This document shows, piece by piece, positions 1 to 9,100 of a DNA stretch of 64,000 nt (the first letter of the stretch is position 1; every line of letters starts with the position of its first letter). Origin of the DNA: a virus (lineage: Duplodnaviria > Caudoviricetes). Where the stretch lies: IMG/VR virus record IMGVR_UViG_3300047446_000164, positions 1,868 to 65,867 of that record. One strand, written 5' to 3'. Below the pieces are notes generated by a model. That model did not search any database. It had not been told where the DNA came from and was given only the letters and a program-made list of their open reading frames with translations. Both the position numbers and the translations under genes were made by a program.

Positions 1-153
1 GTCGAACTTGTAGATTGGCTTCGGCGGCACATCGGCAGCCTTCAAGCACGGCACCGGCACCATCACTTCGACGCGCTGAACAATCGGCGCTGGCGTGCCG
101 CCGCAACCGGACAGCAGCAGCGCGACCACCGCCATAGTTTTCAATCGCTTCAT
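1..153 (-). CDS. o-spanin (Rz1-like) lipoprotein, runs off window
   Basis: Read by hand: MKRLKTMAVVALLLSGCGGTPAPIVQRVEVMVPVPC; lipobox LSGC, Pro-rich, ATGA overlap with the i-spanin stop. Confidence 0.8.
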   Translation of the reverse strand, partial: MKRLKTMAVVALLLSGCGGTPAPIVQRVEVMVPVPCLKAADVPPKPIYKFD

Positions 154-557
154 CGCACCTTCTCCAGCAGCTGATTCACGTAGGGCATGGCGTCGGCGCA
201 GGTGGTCGCATTGGCGCCGGCCAGCGCCGTCAGCGCCGCATCGTAGCGCCGACCATTGACTACCGCCTCCTGCTGGGCGGCTTGGCCTCGCGCCTCCGCA
301 TCCTCCGATGCCCGGTACCAGGTCTGAATGGCGCGATTCTGATCGTCCACACCGGCGCGCAGCTGCGCATTCTCGCCTTGCGCCGCCTTCAGATCCACCA
401 ACGCATGGTCGCGCGCGGTGGCCGCCGACCACCACAGCGCGCCTCCGGCGCCACCACCGGCCAGCAAGACGATCAGCAGCACCAGCGCCGCCAACTTCCA
501 AGCCTGCCCGGCCAGCAGGCCGCTGGCACCGGCCGCCATGTCGCCCAAGGCGCTCAT
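150..557 (-). CDS. i-spanin (Rz-like)
   Basis: N-terminal TM (WKLAALVLLIVLLAGGG) plus coiled coil and C-terminal Cys; follows the endolysin. Confidence 0.8.
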   Translation of the reverse strand: MSALGDMAAGASGLLAGQAWKLAALVLLIVLLAGGGAGGALWWSAATARDHALVDLKAAQGENAQLRAGVDDQNRAIQTWYRASEDAEARGQAAQQEAVVNGRRYDAALTALAGANATTCADAMPYVNQLLEKVR

Positions 558-1048
558 GCCAGTCTCCCGCCGGCGGCCGAGTAGATGCTGGCCAGCTGCG
601 CCACCTTGCGCATCGGCTGGCCCGGATAGTTGGCGCCTGGCAGACTCGCCCAAAGGTTGCTCACGGCGCCTACTGCGTCAGCGAACCGCCCCGCCTCGAT
701 CAGTGGCAACGCGCGCCGCTCACGGATCAGCTGAATCGCCCAGCGGTCCTGCGAATCCGGGCCAAAGTCTGGCAGGCGAAGAAGGTCGCGGTAGTGCGCC
801 CAGTCGCGCAGCATGTGCTGGTAGCGTCCGGACGCCGTACTTTTGAGGCCGGCGCTGTTGATGGGCTTCGGCGCGCGGCCAGCAGCGAATGGGTGCACGC
901 TGTAGTCGGCGAAGACCTCCGGCCGGCCGTCGATGCCGGTTACGATGACGTCGTAGCCGTTGTTGCGCGTGGCCGGGCTGGTCGACGTGCCCTCGGCCCA
1001 CGCGATGGTATCCAGGAAAGCGCGCAAATTGGCGCTGGCGGCGATCAC
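554..1048 (-). CDS. Endolysin, lambda R-type lytic transglycosylase
   Basis: AFLDTIAWAEGT, GYDVIV, STASGRYQ and WASLPG motifs. Confidence 0.93.
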   Translation of the reverse strand: MIAASANLRAFLDTIAWAEGTSTSPATRNNGYDVIVTGIDGRPEVFADYSVHPFAAGRAPKPINSAGLKSTASGRYQHMLRDWAHYRDLLRLPDFGPDSQDRWAIQLIRERRALPLIEAGRFADAVGAVSNLWASLPGANYPGQPMRKVAQLASIYSAAGGRLA

Positions 1049-1491
1049 AGCGCACCTCGCGCATCCTTGACCACCTCGGCGACGTCATGGACCATCTCGC
1101 CGATATCCTTGTCGCGACGGCGATCGAGCCAGCGGATTACGCCACCGATCAACCACCATGCCGGCAGGCCAGCGGCCACCATCACCGGTGCGGCCACGAA
1201 CAGCACGCCCAACGCGGGGTCGCCGCCGTACAGGATCGTCACCGCCTTCGCCGAATCGAACAGCGTCGGCCACCAGCTGTGGACCGCCATCACCAGGAAT
1301 GGACCGAAGATCGCGCTGGTGGCGATGGTGCTGGTGAGCCGCAGGAACGCCTCACGCAGCGTCTTGGGCCACATGAACAGGAACACCAGTGCGGTCGCGG
1401 CGGCACCGGCCAGCACAGGAGCGCCGAAGATTTTGATCAGCGCGCCGCCGGCGGCGGAAGTTGTTTCGAGTGCGGGCATATTGGCTTTCAT
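1045..1491 (-). CDS. Putative holin
   Basis: About 3 TM segments, charged C-terminus, directly upstream of the endolysin; start could be 1491 or 1479. Confidence 0.75.
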   Translation of the reverse strand: MKANMPALETTSAAGGALIKIFGAPVLAGAAATALVFLFMWPKTLREAFLRLTSTIATSAIFGPFLVMAVHSWWPTLFDSAKAVTILYGGDPALGVLFVAAPVMVAAGLPAWWLIGGVIRWLDRRRDKDIGEMVHDVAEVVKDARGAL

Positions 1492-1547
1492 GATTGGAAA
1501 TAGGGTTCGGAATTGAGGGGATGGTCTGGACTGACACACACGGCGCA

Positions 1548-1925
1548 TCACGCAGGCCAGTCGATAGAGGGCATGCTGGCCACCAAGTCAGCTGCCGCCG
1601 GATACGCGCTTTCACCGCGCGCCGCTTGAGCTTGACGCGCATAGGCCTTGGCGTAGCATTCGTCCATCCACTTGCCGAATGCCGCCCCCTCGGCTTGGTA
1701 AGGACCTTCATAGCTGGCCCGCATTGCACAGGTGATGCGGTTATCGTATTGCTTCGTCTGCGCAGTCCGGTCGAAGAGGTCGATCAGCGCGTCGTCATAC
1801 TCCTTCGCGGAGGGCTGATTTCCTATTTCCCGGAACCGGCCCGCAAAGTGTGTACTCACAAATACGAAGTCGGCGTTGATACGATTAATCGCTCGCCCGC
1901 TGTCATCGGTGATCTCGTAAATCAT
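1548..1925 (-). CDS. Putative tail fibre assembly/accessory protein
   Basis: Follows the tail fibre; C-terminal P-x-I-D-W-P pattern. Confidence 0.55.
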   Translation of the reverse strand: MIYEITDDSGRAINRINADFVFVSTHFAGRFREIGNQPSAKEYDDALIDLFDRTAQTKQYDNRITCAMRASYEGPYQAEGAAFGKWMDECYAKAYARQAQAARGESAYPAAADLVASMPSIDWPA

Positions 1926-3748
1926 GCTTCAGTCCATTCAAAAGTTGAGAAAGCGTTGGCGCCGGCCTGCGCCGTAACAGTGATGCTTCCCGCCGTTCCC
2001 GGTCGACCGACGGCGCCGCCGGTGCCACCACCCTGGCCGCCGGCAGCCACTACTGTCAGGCCGCCGCCTGCGTTGCCGCCAATAGCTGCACCGCCGCCAG
2101 CTAGAGGTCCGCCAGCTGTACTTAAAGCGCTGGAACTCGTTTGCACCATTGCATTTCCGCCTGCGCCTGGTCCTACAGTGTTACCAGCGGCAACGATCGC
2201 CAACGGCGTAGAGGCCAGCATCGCGGGATAGCCGGGACCAGGCGTGGAAACGGCAAAAGAGTTGCTCGCTGCTGCCGATGGCCCAGCAGCACCGCCGCCG
2301 CCAGATACGCCCGGCGCCGAATTACCGGCGGTAGCGGCGCCACTCGCGCCTCCAGTTCCTGCCCCGCCAGAGGCGGCGAAAAGTGAGGCCGCCCCCGCCG
2401 GCACGGCTGCGGTTCCACTTGAATAGCCGACGCCGTTCCATGCAATGGCTCCAGCCCCAGTTGCGGCTACGCCACCACTCACAGCGACGACAGCATCGCC
2501 TGACCCGCCACCGGTGTAGTTCGCATCGCCACCGGAAGCAGTCCCACCGGTCACCCCTGGCGCAGTGACCGGGCCGGAGGCCGCATAGGCGCCGATACCA
2601 CCCTTGCCACCGTTCGCAGTCATGCTGGTATTGGGGCCGGTTACCGTTGAGACACCAGCATCATTGCCATTCAGGCGCGCGCCAGGCGTCGAGGTCGAGA
2701 CCTGCGCACCGCCAGCGGCACCGATAAACACGAAGGCATCCCCACCTTCTACGTGCATCGTTTTGATAGCCAGACCGCCGGCGCTGGAGCCAGATGCTGC
2801 TCCAGAAGAAGTGGAATCGTTAGGGCAGGCAACGACCGCTCCAGAACCATCACCGCCGCGAAGCGTAATTCTTAAGATGCCCCTTCCCGGCGCTACCCAA
2901 GTACCGGAGCTTGGCAAATGCGCCACAGTCCGGAACTGCTTGGACACGAACAGTGGATCACCGTTGGCGCGCATCCAGCTGGTGACCTTCACCGCACCGC
3001 CACCCTCACCTCGAAATCGCACAACGTCGCCGGCCTGGGCCTTGATGTTCGCCTTGGTCGGCAAATCGAGGTTGGCGCTATGCACAAAGGTCGGCGTCCC
3101 GTCCATAGTCACCTCACGCTCGGCGCCCTGTGCCAGGGTAATCGCGGTGACGGGGCCGGTGCTGCCGGTGATGTGCACGTAGTTGCCGGTGGCAGCATCG
3201 AGGTTGATCGTGGCCGCAGATGCGATCGCGGCGCCCTTCAATTCGTTCAGCACGCCGCTCACCGCAGCGGGGCCGGACAGCGAGATGGACCATGCCGCCA
3301 ACGTTGGGTAGACGCCTGGAGTAACCACGCCGATGTTGGTGACGTAGACCTGCAGCGCACCGGTGGATGCGTTGTACGAATCGATCGAGCCGTTCATCCA
3401 GTTGCGCGGCGACGCGGTGCTGGCGATCGTGCACGGCATGCCAGGCGAAAGCGTCTTGCCGGACTGAATGACCAGCGACTGCATGCCGAGTGCTGCTGTC
3501 AGCGAGGTCGACGAGGTTCCGGTCGACCCCGGGCCGGATACTGCCGTAGAGGCAGCAACGGCAGCCGCAGCCGCAGCGGATTCAGCAAGCTCCACCTGGT
3601 GCGCAGCGGCGGCAACCTTACCCGCCGTGTCGATCAGCGTGTCAGTGATCATCGGCAGCAGATTCTGGCGGAAGCCACCGTTATTCATATCCTTCGGCGT
3701 CGAGCCATCATCCGAGTAGGCGGTGCCATTTACAGTCAGCTGGGTCAT
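1922..3748 (-). CDS. Tail fibre / receptor-binding protein, Gly-rich C-terminus
   Basis: 608 aa, last large tail gene, Gly/Ala/Ser-rich repeats. Confidence 0.75.
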   Translation of the reverse strand: MTQLTVNGTAYSDDGSTPKDMNNGGFRQNLLPMITDTLIDTAGKVAAAAHQVELAESAAAAAAVAASTAVSGPGSTGTSSTSLTAALGMQSLVIQSGKTLSPGMPCTIASTASPRNWMNGSIDSYNASTGALQVYVTNIGVVTPGVYPTLAAWSISLSGPAAVSGVLNELKGAAIASAATINLDAATGNYVHITGSTGPVTAITLAQGAEREVTMDGTPTFVHSANLDLPTKANIKAQAGDVVRFRGEGGGAVKVTSWMRANGDPLFVSKQFRTVAHLPSSGTWVAPGRGILRITLRGGDGSGAVVACPNDSTSSGAASGSSAGGLAIKTMHVEGGDAFVFIGAAGGAQVSTSTPGARLNGNDAGVSTVTGPNTSMTANGGKGGIGAYAASGPVTAPGVTGGTASGGDANYTGGGSGDAVVAVSGGVAATGAGAIAWNGVGYSSGTAAVPAGAASLFAASGGAGTGGASGAATAGNSAPGVSGGGGAAGPSAAASNSFAVSTPGPGYPAMLASTPLAIVAAGNTVGPGAGGNAMVQTSSSALSTAGGPLAGGGAAIGGNAGGGLTVVAAGGQGGGTGGAVGRPGTAGSITVTAQAGANAFSTFEWTEA

Positions 3749-4605
3749 TACAGACGTTCCTTCAATTCAAAGGCTGCTTTGTTGATGTTGGAATACGGGT
3801 ATTCAATTGGGCCGAGCGTGCGCAGGCGGGCGAGGAACCGGCGGCGCAGGGCGTGCACCGTGTCGTCGGGGTCGTGAATAAAAAGAACTTCTTGATCGAT
3901 ACCGGCCTGGCGCTGCAACTCGAAAGCCTTGGAAAATGCTTCGTCCTGCTCCATCCAGTCGATCGAAAAGCGGGCCACTCGGAACGGCGTACGGCGGTCA
4001 AAATATTCGGCGCCGCTGATCGCGGCCTGTGACGTTGTTCCTGTCTCCCATGCCAGAGAGGCGCCGTAGCTCATGTTCAGCTTTGGCTGCCAGACCGGGC
4101 CGATGAACAGCCGGCCGGCCTGGATGTATCCTGCCGGGTTCGTCAAGTCGCTCAGCTCAATCTTCCAATAGCGCAAGGCCTTCGCCATGGGCAGGATGTG
4201 ATCGAGCTGGGTCGTGTAGCCCTGAGTTTCCTCGGCGGTGTATTTGCCCGACCAGAAGTTGTCGTCTTCCCACTCCAGTGTGCCCCAGGCATAAACCTCG
4301 GGCCAGACATCGCTCCAGCCAGAGTCGTAACTCAGCACGGAGAAATCAGGTACAGTCGACGCCGTCACACGGTACCGGGCGGCCAGCGATAGGTTATGGT
4401 TGCGCAGCGTCACATCGCGCACGTTGGTGCTCTTGCCCAGGTCAATGACGATGGTCGCGCTTGACAGCGCGGTATTGGTGGTGCGCGCCACGCGCCCGAT
4501 TGTCCGATCGAGCAAGTTCGTCAGCGGCAGCTTCTCCGACCAGGCGCCGCCGCTCAGAACGGCGATATCCGCACGGTTTGGGAATCCCAGCATGCAGTTG
4601 CTCAT
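3748..4605 (-). CDS. Minor tail protein
   Basis: Between the hub-like gene and the fibre, translationally coupled. Confidence 0.65.
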   Translation of the reverse strand: MSNCMLGFPNRADIAVLSGGAWSEKLPLTNLLDRTIGRVARTTNTALSSATIVIDLGKSTNVRDVTLRNHNLSLAARYRVTASTVPDFSVLSYDSGWSDVWPEVYAWGTLEWEDDNFWSGKYTAEETQGYTTQLDHILPMAKALRYWKIELSDLTNPAGYIQAGRLFIGPVWQPKLNMSYGASLAWETGTTSQAAISGAEYFDRRTPFRVARFSIDWMEQDEAFSKAFELQRQAGIDQEVLFIHDPDDTVHALRRRFLARLRTLGPIEYPYSNINKAAFELKERL

Positions 4606-4606
4606 T

Positions 4607-6124
4607 TCATCCCCAGATAGTCAAAATTGCTTTATTGCTGCCGTTCTCCAGCGCGACGCCGATCACGCGGAACAGAGGGCCCGTGTTGAGCTGGAAGCGC
4701 GGGTGGTCCACGCCGATCACGTCGAGCAGCCAAATGCCCGTGGCGGTCAGAACTGAGAGCGCAACCGGGATCTCAAAGATGTCCCGCCGCACCTTGTATA
4801 GCGCCAGCAGGCGCGCTGCCTCGGCGTCTGCGGCTGCCGGCGTTGTGAGTAGCGTGTCGACCGTGATGGTGCTGGCCAGCAGCCACTGCGTTTTTACTGT
4901 GGGAGCCACGGCATTGGCAGCGCGCGTCTCCTCACTGACGAACGGCTGACGCGCGACGGCCGCAGATCCGGCCAATCCCGACGTTTGCACCGTGTAGTTG
5001 CGGGTGTGGTTGACCGTAACGCTCCAGGCGGGCATGCCGTTATCTGCCGGCGCGCGCCGCTCGATACCATCCAGGATGTCGTACTCAGCCAGGATCGCCT
5101 TCGGTGGTCCAACCGGCTCAGTCAGCTGCCCCATGCGCAGCATGCCGCTGCCGTCGAAGCCATACCATGCACCGATGCTGGCGGCTACCTGATCCATGGC
5201 GCTGGCAAAGGTCGTCGAGTCGTCGTCCAGCCAGATACCGACCGGGCTGGCGTTCAGCGCGTCAAGTGCAGAAACGTCGTTCATTACGATATCGGCAGTG
5301 GGAATGCCGGCCGCCACGGCCAGCATCGCCAGCACCTGCCCGACAGTTCGCTGCGCGGTAGTGGCGCCTTGCGTCACATCAGCCGTGATCTGCTGCGCGT
5401 CGTACGATCCGATCCGGAAGTAGCCGCCGGCCGGCCAGGCGCGGAAGTACCCGGAGGCAGGTGAGTTCGCCTCCATATCCGCCTGGGACGTATAGACCGC
5501 GCCAGCGGTAAGCTCCGCGCCATTCGAATAGACGTGGTCTACCGAGTTGCAGGCGCCAACCTCGAAGATCAGCCGCGATGTGTTGACCATCGGCGGCGAC
5601 ACGTTGAAAACGACACCCGCCGCGCGCGGCTTCGCCTTGCTCTTCAGGTCCGCCGCGCCGTCGAGCCCATTCGGCAGCACGTTGCCGCCGCCGTACAGTG
5701 CGGTCAGCACCGGCTTATCGAACAGGAACTGTTTGTCCTTGATGCGGATCACCACCTTATCCCAGGTGGTATCAACGCCGTCAACGGTCGCCACCAAGAC
5801 AGTCTTGAACGCCGACGGATACGGGCCGGCCACGCCGCTGCGAATCGTGAGTGGACGACCATCGAAGGAATAGCGCAGCCAGTCGTCCAGCTGGCCATCG
5901 ACGTTGATCAGCGTGATCTCCCCAACCTCCAGCTTCGTGCGGCCGGTGGTCCGACCATCGGAGAAAGCATGCAGACCGATGGACCCAGGATCGGCAACGC
6001 ATGGAAGAAAGCTCGTGTCGGCCGGCGAATCGTTAGGTTCGGTCGTGAACCTGTCGGTGGACACGTAGAACGTGCGCAGCGTGCCGGCCGCGTCGACGGC
6101 CGCTGTAAGCTCAATCAGAATCAC
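4607..6124 (-). CDS. Tail tip / baseplate hub-like protein
   Basis: 505 aa immediately downstream of the tape measure. Confidence 0.65.
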   Translation of the reverse strand: MILIELTAAVDAAGTLRTFYVSTDRFTTEPNDSPADTSFLPCVADPGSIGLHAFSDGRTTGRTKLEVGEITLINVDGQLDDWLRYSFDGRPLTIRSGVAGPYPSAFKTVLVATVDGVDTTWDKVVIRIKDKQFLFDKPVLTALYGGGNVLPNGLDGAADLKSKAKPRAAGVVFNVSPPMVNTSRLIFEVGACNSVDHVYSNGAELTAGAVYTSQADMEANSPASGYFRAWPAGGYFRIGSYDAQQITADVTQGATTAQRTVGQVLAMLAVAAGIPTADIVMNDVSALDALNASPVGIWLDDDSTTFASAMDQVAASIGAWYGFDGSGMLRMGQLTEPVGPPKAILAEYDILDGIERRAPADNGMPAWSVTVNHTRNYTVQTSGLAGSAAVARQPFVSEETRAANAVAPTVKTQWLLASTITVDTLLTTPAAADAEAARLLALYKVRRDIFEIPVALSVLTATGIWLLDVIGVDHPRFQLNTGPLFRVIGVALENGSNKAILTIWG

Positions 6125-9100
6125 GCGGCCTCCTTCGTGCGCGTTACGCGTTTCTGGGCGTCCATCTTGTCGGCCAATTTGTCGATCTTCTCGATGGTTG
6201 CCTCGCCGACGGCTCCGCGCTGCGCCTTATCAGCACGCAGCTCGGTCAGCACTTCTTCCAGCAGCGCATTGGTGCGCTCAGCAGCTGCATCGCCAGAGCG
6301 GACAGCGGCAGCGGTCTGTACGCGTTCGCCATAGTGCAGTTCGGCGCGGTAGCCGTTAAACGGAACGAAGTCCAACCCATTTGCGTGCGAGCCGTCGATG
6401 CCCATCATCTGGTTTTTAATCGCGGCCCAGAAAGCTGGGATCGCTGCGGCCTGCGCATCACTCGCCGCAGCAAACTGGCTGTTCTTTGCGATAACTGCCG
6501 CAAAGTCGGCTGCATAGCCAGCGCTGCCGCCGAACCACGACTTTGACGCGTCAAGGAAGGCTTTTTCAGCAGCCGCCAGATTCGACCCGTCGGCGGTATC
6601 AAATTGGCGCTTGGCTTCCAGGTATTTCTGCTCAGGGTTTAGCGCCGACGAGTCGCCGATCAGCAGTGCATCATTGAGCGCGCGGAACGCGGCGGCCGCC
6701 TCGGTGGCCTTTTTCATACTATCGGCCAGCGCGCTGCCAAAGCTTGCCATCGCAGCAGCCGACGATTCTTGCGCCTTCTTGATAGCAGCCGCTGCCGCGT
6801 CCTCGGCTTTCAACGCCGCGACCCGGTCGTACAGCGCCACCGTTGACGCGTCCATGCCAGCAATTTCAAGTGCACGGACAGCCGACTCGCCTTGGCGCGC
6901 AGCCAGGATCTGATCAATCTGCTCTTGATAATCTGCATTGGCGGTAGCGACGTCGGCCGCCTTCTGCGCGGCCGTGACCTGGTCGTACAGGGCCTGATTA
7001 TGGCCGTCGATCGCGGCACGTGCCTTGTCGGCGAGCTGGGCCTGCGTCATGGTCAGTTCGTCGAGCTTGTTCTGCAGGTCGGTGCGCTCGTCGGTGATTT
7101 CCTGCTCGGACTTCGTTAGGTCCACCGTGGCGGCATGGGTCTTCGCGAAGGCATCGGCCAAGGCCAGCAGCGCGGTGTACTGCTGCGCGCCGGCATCGGT
7201 CGCCAGCGCTCCGGAGTTGGCCAGACCCAGCACGTAGTCCTTGAACTTGTCGCGGGTATCCAGGCTTTGAAGCCCCATCGCGGCCAGCTGGTCGGTGACG
7301 TACTTTTGCACCGGCGCCAGCTGCTCGGCCTTGCTCAGGAAGTTCTGCGTGAACGAGTTGGTTTGGCTGGCCAGCTGATCAATGCCGCCGGCCAGCTCGA
7401 TCAGGTGCTCACGCGCGGCGATGCTGGCCATACCGGTGGCGCCGAACGTCGTGCTGCTGGCGGCCAGGATCGAATCGAGCTTGGCATAGTCGCCAGCCAG
7501 GCGCATCACCGTCTCAGCGTAGCCCTCGCCCACCGTCCGGAACTGATCCAGCTGCGGGAATGCCGCTTCCGCGATCTCGTCCATCGACTTCGAAATGACC
7601 GAGTTCAGCGCATCGGTCAGCGCGGTGCCGGTCAGGCCCTTGAGCGATACTTTGGTGCTTTCCAGCGTCAGGTTGTCCAGCACCTTGGTCACGTCGGCTG
7701 CCGAGCCGCCCATGGCAGTTGCCGCAGCCTGCAGCGACTTGTCCAGGTTCGTGAAGATCAGGCCGAATTGCTTCGACAGCTCGTCGTTCAGGCCTTGCAC
7801 CTCCACGCGGTTGCTCGTACTCTTCGACAGGCCAAAGAAGCTGGACTTGGTCGTGTCGATGCTCGCGTATTGGTCGAAGCCCTGACCAGCCTGCAAGCTG
7901 CGCACGCTACCGCCGTACTGCAAGCCGGAATCGACGATGTTCTGGGTAGTTTTTCCCCAGAGCTTGGACACGGCGCCACCGATCGCACCGCCGATCCAAA
8001 CCCCGAGCGGGCCGGCCAACGCGCCGCCAATCATGCTGCCTAACTGGGCGCTGCCGGCGAGCGCTACTGCGCCACCCGTCGCGATCGTGCCGGTCTGGAT
8101 GCCCATGTTCGCGCCGTCGGTCAGGCCCGTCGTGCGCACCACCAAGTTCGTCAACCCCGTCATCGACGACTCGATGTTTTGCAGCGCGGTCAGCATGCCC
8201 TGGTTAATCGGCAGCATGTCCGACGAGTTCGCGGTCAGCTGCTCGATCGAGCGCCGGACCGAATCCGACTTCGCCGAGCTGTCGCCGAACACGGAACCCG
8301 TGCCTTGCGCCTTCTGGACGTCAGCAGCGGACTGGCCGCCACCGCCACCACCGCCACCACTGATGGCGACACCCAATCCGGTCACGATGGCAGCCATGGC
8401 CGCCATGCGCACGAAGGCAGAATACGGATCACCCTCGCCCTGGGTCAGCACGGCATTGACGCCCTTGATCAGACTTAGCGCCACTTCGGCGCCTTGCAAT
8501 GCGACGGTCGCGGCGTGCATCGCCTGGTAGCCGCGCGAGCCTTCGCTGAAGAAGCCCTGCGCGGCGGCCGTCATGCCAGCATAGCCTTGGATCTGCGACT
8601 GTGCACCGGCCAGCTGGGCGCGGTTGATCGCAGCGATCTTGTCTGGATCGTCCGCTGCCAGTTTCTTTGCAGTAGCTAGCTCCTTCTGCGCGCGCAACTG
8701 CCCTTCCATTCCCTTGGCGTAAGCCTGAAACATGCCACCCAGCGCCTTGCCACCCTCGCCAAAAGCGGTGGTCAGGCTTTCGGAGATGCTCTGCCCAGCA
8801 CGCTGCCAGTCTTTGATTGCCTGGTCAGCAGCCTTGTCCTTGTATTGGAGTGACTGCTGCTGGTCGAGGCCTGCGGCGATGCGCGCATGCGCTGCGCGCT
8901 GATCTTCCAGAGTTTTTAGAATGACTGGCGCCTGGGCGATTTCTTCAGCGGTGGCGCCGTTGGCGGCCTGTTGAGCCATGAATACTTTTTGATATGCAAT
9001 CGCCTGGTCGTACAGGTCGACCGTTTTCCGCTCTACGGCACCGCGCGACGTCTCGTGAGCGGCATTGGACTCTTCCAGCTTCTTCGCTTCCTGATCGAGC

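Noticed and set aside
1922-3748. DGR or invertible tail-fibre cassette
   Set aside because: No reverse transcriptase, invertase or TR/VR repeat pair seen in the window
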